Positions 54,051-64,000 of a stretch of 64,000 nucleotides of DNA are shown here, piece by piece. This DNA comes from an uncultured Granulosicoccaceae bacterium (GTDB lineage Bacteria > Pseudomonadota > Gammaproteobacteria > CALCKW01): assembly GCA_937965695.1 (NCBI GenBank), contig CALCKW010000007.1, positions 7,106-71,105 on the forward strand. The letters run 5' to 3'. The notes under the pieces are model-generated. The model had not been told where the DNA came from. It saw only the letters and a program-made list of their open reading frames with translations, and ran no database searches. Within the stretch, counting starts at the first letter, position 1. Each line of letters opens with the position of its first letter. A program made the translations under genes and the position numbers.

Positions 54051-55439
54051 CTATATTTTGACCCGCTGCCCAGCTACTGCTAGATTTCCTTCCCAATTGA
54101 AAGAACTCCTTGCGAGCTCCAATAAACCCTTCTTTCCATCGTCATTTCCGTGCACCACATAGAGTTCTGGTTTGTTTTTAAAACCGCTCATCCAACGCTT
54201 GAGATCCACTTGGTCGCCGTGGGCTGATAGACCGCCTACGGTGTGAATTTTTGCATTGTTCTTCAGCCATTTTCCGTGGATTTTTATATCTTCTTCACCC
54301 CTAACCAGTCTACCACCCAGAGTTCCCGGGGACTGATATCCACAAATAATGACGTGGGAATTGGCATTTTCTAGGTTATTTTTTAGGTGATGCAAAATAC
54401 GGCCGCCGTTACACATGCCCGAACCGGCGATGACAATGGCTCCGCCTTTGTGCCTGGCGATGGCTTTGCTCTCATCAACACTTGTCGTTAATCTCAAGTT
54501 CTTCAATGTCGGCATATCTAGCAAGTCTCGACGGAACTTTGTGGCTTCTTTATCGTAAAGATTAGGATGGTCCCAATAGACTTTACTTGCTGCTATTGCC
54601 ATCGGTGAATCTAAATATACTTGCCAATTTTCCATATCCCAATCAACGTAGTGCTCGCCTAAAAGATAAAGTAGCTCCTGACTGCGACCGATTGAAAAAG
54701 CTGGAATTAGAACGTTACCTCCATCCTTAGCAGAAGCGGCCAGTATTTCTCCAAGTTCTTTAACGGTTTCCTCACGCTTGCGGTGTATTCGATTGCCGTA
54801 AGTACTTTCCATCAGTAGCAGGTCCGCATGTGGAATAGGGTAGGGGTCATTGATGATTGGTGTGTCGTATTGTCCAATGTCACCGCTAAATACAAGCGTG
54901 CGCTGTCGATCACCTTCGGTGAGTTTTATCTCTACGATTGCAGAACCCAGTATGTGTCCAGCGTTGTAAAAGCAGACTTCAATTCCAGGTAATAGCTCAA
55001 ATGCATTTTTGTAGTTATGCCCTTTTAAACCGGTAAACACGCCGTTTGCATGCTCTTCGGTGTATAGTGGTAGACGGGGAGATTCGTCTTTCTTCTTTCT
55101 TTTGCGGTTGTAGTAGTCGGCATCTTGTTGCTGCAGTCGCGCAGAGTCTTTGAGTAAAATTTCCACTAGATCTTTTGTGGCGTGCTGGCAATGAATATCA
55201 CCCCGATAGCCTCTGCTTACCAATAGCGGTAGGCGGCCAGAGTGGTCTATGTGTCCGTGGGATAGAACCACTGCATCTATTTTTTCTGCGTCGAAGGGGA
55301 AAGATTCTCGATTGAGTTCTGCGGATGCACGAGAGCCTTGAATTAAGCCGCAATCCAATAACACCGTATGACCATTGCAGCGAAGCAAATGGCAAGAGCC
55401 TGTGACTCGATCAGTGGCTCCATAAAATTCTATGTCCAT
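54051..55439 (-). CDS. MBL-fold beta-CASP ribonuclease
   Basis: 'GATDRVTGSCH', 'SHGHIDHSG', 'AGHILGS', 'FSGD', 'MESTYG', 'AGSGMCNGGRILHH', 'LSAHGDQ', 'VVHG'. Confidence 0.93.
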   Translation of the reverse strand: MDIEFYGATDRVTGSCHLLRCNGHTVLLDCGLIQGSRASAELNRESFPFDAEKIDAVVLSHGHIDHSGRLPLLVSRGYRGDIHCQHATKDLVEILLKDSARLQQQDADYYNRKRKKKDESPRLPLYTEEHANGVFTGLKGHNYKNAFELLPGIEVCFYNAGHILGSAIVEIKLTEGDRQRTLVFSGDIGQYDTPIINDPYPIPHADLLLMESTYGNRIHRKREETVKELGEILAASAKDGGNVLIPAFSIGRSQELLYLLGEHYVDWDMENWQVYLDSPMAIAASKVYWDHPNLYDKEATKFRRDLLDMPTLKNLRLTTSVDESKAIARHKGGAIVIAGSGMCNGGRILHHLKNNLENANSHVIICGYQSPGTLGGRLVRGEEDIKIHGKWLKNNAKIHTVGGLSAHGDQVDLKRWMSGFKNKPELYVVHGNDDGKKGLLELARSSFNWEGNLAVAGQRVKI

Positions 55440-55470
55440 CAAAAAATTCCTAAATAATTGTTCGTCGGTG

Positions 55471-55498
55471 CTTGAAAAAGAATTGCAGAGCCCTAGAT
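55471..55498 (+). promoter_or_regulatory. sigma32 (RpoH)-type promoter for the Hsp20 gene
   Basis: CTTGAAA-N13-CCCTAGAT. Confidence 0.7.
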
Positions 55499-55504
55499 AG
55501 TGGG

Positions 55505-55579
55505 TGCGGGGGTGAGTCTCTAAGAAGATCATTGCCGCATAATTTGAACCTATCGCTTCACAGTAAGGATATAACAATG
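55505..55579 (+). promoter_or_regulatory. ROSE-like RNA thermometer in the Hsp20 5'UTR
   Basis: 5' hairpin tgcgg...ccgca, then a UCGCU motif positioned to pair with the AGGA RBS. Confidence 0.55.
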
Positions 55580-56053
55580 ACTACTATCGATTTTTCTCCA
55601 CTATTTCGCAACAGTGTTGGTTACGACCGCATGGCTCATATGCTTAATTCTACTCTGCGCACAGAGCAACCGAGCCAAGGTTATCCGCCTTATAACATTG
55701 AAGTCACCGAAGAGAATCACTATGCCATAACTCTTGCAATTGCTGGTTTCACGGAATCAGAGTTGGATATCCAGTCAGAGAAAGGTGTACTGACCATACG
55801 GGGGCGTAAGGCAAGTGATACCGAAGATACAGAGCGTAACTTTCTGTACCGCGGCATTGCAAATCGTAGCTTTGAACGCAAATTTAATCTAGCGGACCAT
55901 GTGGAGGTCACCGGCGCTGAATTACGCGACGGAATACTGAGTGTGGGCCTCGTGAAAGAGGTACCTGACGCAATGAAACCTCGGAAAATTTCGATTAACG
56001 GTAAAAGCACCCAGCCGCTTGATCACCAGCCGAGAACGGTAACTGCTGCGTAA
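55577..56053 (+). CDS. ibpA: Small heat-shock protein IbpA/Hsp20
   Basis: 'DFSPLFRNSVGYDR', 'YPPYNIE', 'LYRGIANRSFERKFNLADHVEV', 'KPRKISI'. Confidence 0.93.
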   Translation: MTTIDFSPLFRNSVGYDRMAHMLNSTLRTEQPSQGYPPYNIEVTEENHYAITLAIAGFTESELDIQSEKGVLTIRGRKASDTEDTERNFLYRGIANRSFERKFNLADHVEVTGAELRDGILSVGLVKEVPDAMKPRKISINGKSTQPLDHQPRTVTAA

Positions 56054-56074
56054 AAAACGCCGCTATTTAGAAGG

Positions 56075-56107
56075 GGCCCCCATTTAGAGCATGGGGGCCT
56101 TTTTTTT
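56075..56107 (+). terminator. Rho-independent terminator after the Hsp20 gene
   Basis: ggcccccat-ttagagc-atgggggcc followed by T8. Confidence 0.85.
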
Positions 56108-56408
56108 GCGCTAATAACTTCAAAACATGATCCTACCAAGACCTAAACCAAAAGCATTTTTTCTAATAGCGCTTTCTGGCCTTGCACTTGCAGTAGCAGA
56201 ACTGTCCCTAGCTTAAAGCTAAGTGGACGTCGCTTGATGATACATGCTCGATTTGCCAGATTTGACTGGTAACGGAATATTGAAATTAAGAGCACGGCTG
56301 AGTTTTTAGCCCCACAGATTATCGGTGACGGAATCAGCAGAACGCCGCTTGAGTTGAACTCCTGCGTGGCGTGCAAACTGAAAGAATTCGAGCTACAAAA
56401 TTTGAGAG

Positions 56409-57227
56409 TTGATTATGGCGAAGCGATTGGCCCCTAGCGGCCGCCAGAAGTTAGAAAAAGAGATTTGTCACAATATCTCGTTGTTGAGAGACAACACGGA
56501 CGATTGCGAAGACTACATTGCTGAACTAGAAGCGATGCTGAGACAACAGAAATCGGAGACTGAGGCTGCTAAATCTGCGTTGGCTGACTCTAATAACAAG
56601 TTAGCGCAGGCTACTGGCCGCATTGAAGCACAAAAAGACGATATTCAAACCATGCGCACTGACGCGAAACTAGCCGCTTTGCAGCAAGCGGCAAGTGACA
56701 AAGAGTTAGCGGGTTTGCAGACGCAGTTACAAGACGCTTTGAACGACGGACAGCTTTTCGCCGACGAGCTGCGCAGTAAACTGGCTGCCGAACAAAAGGC
56801 CAATGAAGCCGAATTGGAGCGTCGTGACGCTTTAGAGAAAGAGATCAGCAACAAGTTTGAAGCTGCTGAGGCGGCACGGGTTGAACAAGTCGCTGTTAGT
56901 GAGGCTCTCAAAGAAGAATTAGATCAATTGCACCTGACTATCAATGAATACCGTGAATGTGACACAGCATTGCGCGAACGCATAGCTGTTCTTGAACAAT
57001 TATTGTCTGAGGAACGTAAAAAGGCTGGTCAAGATCTGCTGTTACGAATCATGGAGCTTGAGACAATGTTGGAATCCGAGCGTACAAAGGTAGACGACTT
57101 GGATGAGATGCCAACAGTTGTTCACGTGAGTCATGCCAGCGCTCTTAAGCCTTCTGTTACCAAAACAACGACAACTACAAGCAGTATTAGCTCGCAGAAA
57201 AAGAGTAACAAGCGCAACAACGGGTAG
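56409..57227 (+). CDS. Hypothetical long coiled-coil protein
   Basis: 272 aa, E/L/A/Q/K-rich heptads with an S/T/K-rich tail; own terminator follows. Confidence 0.75.
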   Translation: MIMAKRLAPSGRQKLEKEICHNISLLRDNTDDCEDYIAELEAMLRQQKSETEAAKSALADSNNKLAQATGRIEAQKDDIQTMRTDAKLAALQQAASDKELAGLQTQLQDALNDGQLFADELRSKLAAEQKANEAELERRDALEKEISNKFEAAEAARVEQVAVSEALKEELDQLHLTINEYRECDTALRERIAVLEQLLSEERKKAGQDLLLRIMELETMLESERTKVDDLDEMPTVVHVSHASALKPSVTKTTTTTSSISSQKKSNKRNNG

Positions 57228-57250
57228 TTTCAAGCCTGGTTTAGGGCTAT

Positions 57251-57285
57251 AGACTGACTTCCCCTTAGAGAAAGTCAGTCATTTT
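57251..57285 (+). terminator. Terminator after the coiled-coil gene
   Basis: gactgactt...aagtcagtc followed by atttt. Confidence 0.6.
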
Positions 57286-57570
57286 GCGTGCATGAAATAT
57301 TGAAAGTGAGCTTTGTTCTCCACCTTACATCGATGTCAGCGTTATACTAGGGTGCTTTCCTTAAAACGGCTAAAAGCTTAATGAACGAATGTTGAGGCTG
57401 ATCAGGAGTGGTTTTCTCACGAAAATTTAGGTTGTCGCGATGTCACTTACATCCTGATGCCCCTTTCCGATGCTGGAACCCGTTTTTTCTCGGGTTTGTT
57501 GACTCACATACCTCGTTTTATTCGAGCCGCGTTTTCTGGATTACTTTTATTATTTAAGTAGAACTCCAGT

Positions 57571-59451
57571 ATGCAATACCCAGATAAATTTGATGTCCTC
57601 GTTGTTGGTGGTGGCCATGCTGGAACTGAAGCTGCGCTAGCTGCAGCTCGCATGGGCGCACGTACTCTTTTGCTTACGCACAATATTGAAACCATTGGTC
57701 AGATGAGCTGCAATCCAGCCATCGGTGGTATCGGTAAAGGCCATTTGGTCAAAGAGATCGATGCACTCGGTGGCGCCATGGCGACGGCGGCCGATTTTGG
57801 TGGAATTCAATTTCGTACGCTGAATGCGCGCAAAGGTCCGGCTGTTCGCGCTACTCGAGCACAGGCTGATCGTGCCCTATACAAAGCTGCCATTCGTAGG
57901 ATTGTCGAAAACCAACCCAATCTCACTTTATTTCAGCAGTCTGCAGATGATTTGCTCTTAAAGGGAGACAAGGTTGTTGGCGTACTTACCCAAAGCGGAA
58001 TTGAGTTTTCTGCGCAAAAAGTTGTTCTGACTGCCGGCACCTTTTTGGGTGGTTTAATACATATTGGGCCCACCAAGTTACAAGGTGGTCGGGCCGGAGA
58101 TCCTGCGTCACTTAGTTTGGCTGCGAGGCTTCGGGAGTTAGAGCTGCGAGTTGGCCGTCTGAAGACCGGCACTCCTCCGCGCTTGGATGCACGCAGCTTA
58201 GACTTTTCATTGATGGCTGAGCAGCCTGGCGATGAGCCTGTGCCAGTGTTTTCATACTTAGGCAGCGCGAAAGATCATCCGCAACAAATTAGCTGTCATA
58301 TCACTTACACTAACGAAAAAACTCACCAAATAATTGCTGATAATTTGCACCAGTCGGCTATGTATGCGGGAGAAATTGAGGGTACAGGTCCGCGCTATTG
58401 CCCTTCGATAGAAGATAAAGTTGTTCGCTTTGCTGATAGAGACCGGCATCAGATCTTCGTTGAGCCGGAAGGGCTAGAGACGCATGAAATCTATCCCAAT
58501 GGACTTTCAACGAGCTTACCTTTTGAAGTTCAACTCGATTATATAAGATCTATAGAGGGTTTTGAGCGAGCTCATATTACAAGGCCGGGATATGCCATAG
58601 AATATGATTATTTTGACCCGCGAGACTTGGGTCAGGATTTACAGTGTCGTGATATTTCAGGCTTGTATTTCGCAGGGCAAATAAATGGCACCACTGGGTA
58701 CGAAGAGGCTGGTGCTCAAGGATTGCTTGCTGGTGCGAATGCCGTGCTTGCGTTAAGAGGAGAGCCTGCTTGGAGCCTTCGTCGAGACGAGGCGTATATC
58801 GGCGTGATGGTCGATGATTTGACCACATTGGGCACGCATGAACCCTATCGCATGTTTACCAGTAGAGCGGAACACCGGTTGCTGTTGCGTGAAGATAATG
58901 CGGATGTTCGCTTAAGCGAGACAGGCTATCGCTTAGGTTTAGTGGATGAGGCACGCTGGTCTTCATTCAATCATAAGCGAGATGCTGTGGCTCGAGAGCA
59001 GCAACGTCTCAAAGAGACGTTTATTCGCCCAGGCGACTTAGGTGATGCTCGGGAGAAAATCCTATTGGGGGATAAACTCGGCAAAGAACAGCGTTTAGAT
59101 GAATTGTTGCGAAGACCAGAGGTCACCTATGAGGGTATTTTGGCGGCGGATTTAGGGCCGGAAGAAACGATTAACCCGGAAATAGCCCAGTTAGTCGAAA
59201 CCCAGATTAAGTATGCTGGTTATATCGATCGTCAGCAGGCAGAAATTTTAAAAGCACGGCGATTAGAGAACACAGTTTTGCCTGAGAGTATGAATTTTGA
59301 AGGTCTAACTGGGCTTTCTAATGAAGTTCAGCAAAAATTAGTGCAGGCAAGGCCAGGCACTATTGGGCAAGCAGCTAGGATTCCCGGTGTGACACCCGCA
59401 GCGGTTTCTTTATTGCTGGTGCACGCGCGCAAACATCGATATGCGGGCTGA
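57571..59451 (+). CDS. mnmG: tRNA uridine-5-carboxymethylaminomethyl modification enzyme MnmG (GidA)
   Basis: '[10 protein letters not shown]', 'MSCNPAIGG', '[11 protein letters not shown]', '[13 protein letters not shown]'. Confidence 0.99.
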   Translation: MQYPDKFDVLVVGGGHAGTEAALAAARMGARTLLLTHNIETIGQMSCNPAIGGIGKGHLVKEIDALGGAMATAADFGGIQFRTLNARKGPAVRATRAQADRALYKAAIRRIVENQPNLTLFQQSADDLLLKGDKVVGVLTQSGIEFSAQKVVLTAGTFLGGLIHIGPTKLQGGRAGDPASLSLAARLRELELRVGRLKTGTPPRLDARSLDFSLMAEQPGDEPVPVFSYLGSAKDHPQQISCHITYTNEKTHQIIADNLHQSAMYAGEIEGTGPRYCPSIEDKVVRFADRDRHQIFVEPEGLETHEIYPNGLSTSLPFEVQLDYIRSIEGFERAHITRPGYAIEYDYFDPRDLGQDLQCRDISGLYFAGQINGTTGYEEAGAQGLLAGANAVLALRGEPAWSLRRDEAYIGVMVDDLTTLGTHEPYRMFTSRAEHRLLLREDNADVRLSETGYRLGLVDEARWSSFNHKRDAVAREQQRLKETFIRPGDLGDAREKILLGDKLGKEQRLDELLRRPEVTYEGILAADLGPEETINPEIAQLVETQIKYAGYIDRQQAEILKARRLENTVLPESMNFEGLTGLSNEVQQKLVQARPGTIGQAARIPGVTPAAVSLLLVHARKHRYAG

Positions 59452-59814
59452 ACTATCCATTGATCAACTAGCGCACATGTCTTCTTGATGGTCAGTCTTC
59501 ACCCAATAACTTGTCTAAGGTGCTGTGGGCATCACAAGGATTAGTTGAGTAGGGCTAATGCCGTCGATTGTAAAAGTCGAGGTTGTTTTTTGTCTTCTAG
59601 CAGTAGCGGGCTTTTATATTACTGCTCGCTTAAAGGCGGCGCGGTATACTGAAGCGATCTAATTCAAGCTTCACCCGATCTTTCATTCCTAGTAGAGCGA
59701 GCGCGTCGTGTTGCAATTGTCACGCGATTTTCTGCGATTCTATATTAAGAGCTTTTGTCAATTTTTTGCATCGCTCAGGTGACGTGAGAGCTTTACAAGT
59801 AAGCCAAGGACAAA

Positions 59815-60441
59815 ATGACGCCAGAACAAAGATTGAATGAGGGCCTAGTTGGCCTAGATGTCAGGTTGCCTGATGATACGAAGACGCAACTTTTGCGCTA
59901 TGTTGGCGAACTGTTTAAGTGGAACAAAGCCTACAACCTTACGGCAGTTAGAGATGTCGAAGGCATGGTAATTCGCCATCTTCTTGACAGTATCAGTGTA
60001 CTATCGGTAGTGACCGACGAGCGTTGTCTAGATCTGGGCACTGGGGCCGGGTTGCCTGGACTCGTGTTGGCCATTATCAACCCAGATCAACACTGGACTC
60101 TGCTCGACAGTAACGGTAAAAAAACAAGATTTCTCACGCATGCCAGAATTGTTTTGGATCTGAAAAACGTAACTGTAGTCAACGCTCGTGTTGAAAAGTG
60201 GCAGAATGATGAGTTGTTTGACGTAGTTGTATCTAGGGCGTTTACCGAGTTGTCGAGATTTGCGGAACTCGCCAGTCCTTTTTGTTCACCTGGAGGCCGA
60301 GTCATTGCAATGGTCGGCAAGGACCCAGACGTGGCGATTGATGACGTAGTAGGGGGTTGCAGAGTGAGCTCGGTAAAATCGCTGAAAGTGCCGTTTGATG
60401 AAGCAGAGCGCCATTTGGTGCAACTACAACCAACCAACTGA
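59815..60441 (+). CDS. rsmG: 16S rRNA m7G527 methyltransferase RsmG (GidB)
   Basis: 'WNKAYNLTA', 'HLLDS', 'DLGTGAGLPG', 'DSNGKK', 'SRAF'. Confidence 0.97.
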   Translation: MTPEQRLNEGLVGLDVRLPDDTKTQLLRYVGELFKWNKAYNLTAVRDVEGMVIRHLLDSISVLSVVTDERCLDLGTGAGLPGLVLAIINPDQHWTLLDSNGKKTRFLTHARIVLDLKNVTVVNARVEKWQNDELFDVVVSRAFTELSRFAELASPFCSPGGRVIAMVGKDPDVAIDDVVGGCRVSSVKSLKVPFDEAERHLVQLQPTN

Positions 60442-60464
60442 AGTCGAGAATTCTGGCGAGTTTT

Positions 60465-61313
60465 ATGGCACGTACCATTGCAATAACCAATCAAAAAGGC
60501 GGTGTGGGTAAAACCACGACGGCAGTCAATCTAGCGGCGTCTCTCGCGGCGACAAACCGTCGAGTGCTACTGATCGACATGGATCCGCAGGGAAACGCTA
60601 CGACGGGCAGTGGTATTGATAAAAACGACGTGTCGTTGTCTGCTTACCATGTATTGGTTGGGGAGAGCAGTGCTGCTGAAGCAGTTATACCGGTGGCCGA
60701 TTACCAGTTCGATGTACTGGCCGCCAACGGTGATTTGACTGCGGCAGAAGTGAAATTGATGGATAAATTAGCGCGAGAGCAAAAGCTTCATAAAGCAATG
60801 GAGCCTATCCAGCCTCACTATGATTATATTCTGATCGATTGCCCTCCCTCACTGAATTTGCTCACTTTAAACGCGTTGGTTGCCGCAGATGGTGTGATGA
60901 TACCGATGCAGTGCGAGTACTATGCACTTGAAGGGCTGTCGGCACTTATTTCCACCATTGAAGATGTGAGGCATTCAGTCAATCCTAGACTCACTATTGA
61001 AGGGCTTCTGCGCACAATGTACGACGGGCGCAGTAATTTAGGTAACGATGTTTCGCAGCAATTGGTCAGGCACTTTGGCGATAAGGTGTATCGGACAATC
61101 GTTCCTCGCAATATTAGGTTGGCTGAAGCGCCTAGCCATGGGATGCCTGTGATATATCACGACAAAACCTCTCGCGGAGCGCTAGCCTATCTGGCGCTCG
61201 CGGGAGAGATAATTCGACGAGATGCCCTGAAGCGAAAACTCGAAGCTCCCGCCACCCATTCCCATGACGCAACAACGAATAACAACGAGACGGAGACTTC
61301 CAATGGCCACTAA
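60465..61313 (+). CDS. parA: Chromosome partitioning ATPase ParA (Soj)
   Basis: 'NQKGGVGKTTT', 'DMDPQGN', 'DCPPSL', 'PRNIRLAEAPSHG'. Confidence 0.97.
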   Translation: MARTIAITNQKGGVGKTTTAVNLAASLAATNRRVLLIDMDPQGNATTGSGIDKNDVSLSAYHVLVGESSAAEAVIPVADYQFDVLAANGDLTAAEVKLMDKLAREQKLHKAMEPIQPHYDYILIDCPPSLNLLTLNALVAADGVMIPMQCEYYALEGLSALISTIEDVRHSVNPRLTIEGLLRTMYDGRSNLGNDVSQQLVRHFGDKVYRTIVPRNIRLAEAPSHGMPVIYHDKTSRGALAYLALAGEIIRRDALKRKLEAPATHSHDATTNNNETETSNGH

Positions 61314-62214
61314 AAAACGCGCGCTCGGCAAAGGCCTTGAAGCACTGCTCGGCGGTGGCTCCGATTTAAACGCACTAGAGCAGCCGCTGCAGCGCGCTGA
61401 GCCCCAGGCAGTACCGCTTGAACAAGCATTGAACAGTGGGGATTCATTGCGTGAAATTCCCGTCGATCTTATCGCCCGATGCGCCTTTCAGCCGCGCCGA
61501 CACTTTGACGAGAGTGCGCTAAAAGAGCTGGCAGACTCCATAAAATCGCAAGGCTTGATACAACCTATAGTGGTTCGTCCCAAAGCAGATGGTTATGAGT
61601 TGGTGGCTGGCGAGAGACGTTGGAGAGCAATGCAGATAGCGCAGTTGCACACCATAAAGGCTATTGTGCGCAATCTGAGTGACGGTGAGGCCGCCGCTCA
61701 TGCGCTCATTGAGAACATTCAGCGAAAAGACCTTAACCCCATTGAAGAAGCCTCAGCCCTCGACAGGTTATTAAAAGAATTTGGTCAGACTCACGCCCAA
61801 GTTGCTGAAAGCGTTGGTCGATCCAGAGCGGCCGTGAGCAATTTGCTGCGCCTTTTAGAGTTGCGAGAAGAGATCAAAGAGCTATTAGAAAGCGAGCAAC
61901 TGAGTATGGGTCATGCGCGTGCCTTGATTCCGCTTGACGGTGCAGAGCAGCTGACCATTGCGCAACGCGTGATCCAAGATGACTTGAGCGTCAGAGCGAC
62001 AGAAACGTTAGTAAAACAACGTTTAACTCAGGGTATCGAAAAGACAAAATCAGCCGTTGTTATAGATCCTAACATTCGAGACTTGGCTGAAAACCTAGGT
62101 CAAAGACTGGGGGCAAAAGTTCTTATAAAACAAGGACAGAAAGGAAAGGGGCAGGTGGTCATATCCTACGACTCTCTGATTCAGCTAGACGGTATACTCA
62201 GTCACATCAAATAG
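61303..62214 (+). CDS. parB: Chromosome partitioning protein ParB (Spo0J)
   Basis: 'LGKGLEALL', 'QPRRHF', 'AGERRWRA', 'ENIQRKDLNPIEEA', HTH 'GRSRAAVSN'. Confidence 0.97.
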   Translation: MATKKRALGKGLEALLGGGSDLNALEQPLQRAEPQAVPLEQALNSGDSLREIPVDLIARCAFQPRRHFDESALKELADSIKSQGLIQPIVVRPKADGYELVAGERRWRAMQIAQLHTIKAIVRNLSDGEAAAHALIENIQRKDLNPIEEASALDRLLKEFGQTHAQVAESVGRSRAAVSNLLRLLELREEIKELLESEQLSMGHARALIPLDGAEQLTIAQRVIQDDLSVRATETLVKQRLTQGIEKTKSAVVIDPNIRDLAENLGQRLGAKVLIKQGQKGKGQVVISYDSLIQLDGILSHIK

Positions 62215-62247
62215 AGCTCTGAGTTTAGATTATAAAGCCGACGCAGC

Positions 62248-62276
62248 TTGACCCTCCTCCGTGCTGTACCTATAAT
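62248..62276 (+). promoter_or_regulatory. sigma70 promoter of the atp operon
   Basis: TTGACC-N17-TATAAT. Confidence 0.8.
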
Positions 62277-62371
62277 CTCATCGGTTCACAAGCTTATGCC
62301 GCGGCGCACAATAGCGCGTGCGAGTGCACTATAAAACACTTGTGTGTTTTCTATACATAGGAGTGGCTTTT

Positions 62372-63584
<1,213 letters not shown>

Positions 63585-63617
63585 CTTTACCTTTTTATCT
63601 TTAAACCAATTCATTGA

Positions 63618-63863
<246 letters not shown>

Positions 63864-63936
63864 TTAAAGCTGTTGAAAAAGGGGTGCGACTGGCTAAGCC
63901 GGTTGCGCAAACACAGGCGAACTTGAGAGGTGTGAC

Positions 63937-64000
63937 GTGAATCTCAATCTCACGATTTTAGGACAAGCGATTTCCTTCGGGATCTTCGTGTGGTTCTGTA
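63937..64000 (+). CDS. atpF: F0F1 ATP synthase subunit b (5' fragment, runs off the window)
   Basis: GTG start behind GAGG; MNLNLTILGQAISFGIFVWFC. Confidence 0.9.
   Translation, partial: MNLNLTILGQAISFGIFVWFC

Noticed and set aside
57228-57570. E. coli-type oriC upstream of mnmG
   Set aside because: No DnaA boxes, 13-mers or GATC clustering.

Overview
Chromosomal origin region of a Gammaproteobacterium (roughly 50% GC by eye). The conserved backbone runs ubiB-ubiJ-ubiE-DUF971, hslUV, xerC-DUF484-dapF-lysA-lptM, argH, hemCDXY, ubiD, prlC, gyrB-recF-dnaN-dnaA, rpmH-rnpA-yidD-yidC-mnmE, mnmG-rsmG-parAB and atpIBEF'. oriC appears to lie between dnaA and dnaN (AT-rich tract, DnaA-trio-like repeats, DnaA boxes), and there are three parS palindromes in or next to recF. 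Accessory inserts are interspersed: (i) a BLUF gene divergent from a cobalamin riboswitch that controls a lone 90-aa unknown ORF; (ii) a ~14.5 kb block between hslV and xerC with a FimW-like protein, an orphan VirD4/TraG-like ATPase, a partly duplicated DUF3592-like membrane protein, an aromatic amino-acid decarboxylase next to an Eis-type acetyltransferase, and DNA polymerase II; (iii) an IclR/flavin oxidase/cupin cassette and a photolyase; (iv) an orphan prepilin-type gene; (v) a beta-CASP nuclease, Hsp20 and a coiled-coil protein. A small MITE-like element with CTAG ends is present as two copies plus one end fragment. No rRNA, tRNA, CRISPR array or transposase was seen. All calls come from reading the sequence and recognising motifs; no database searches were run.
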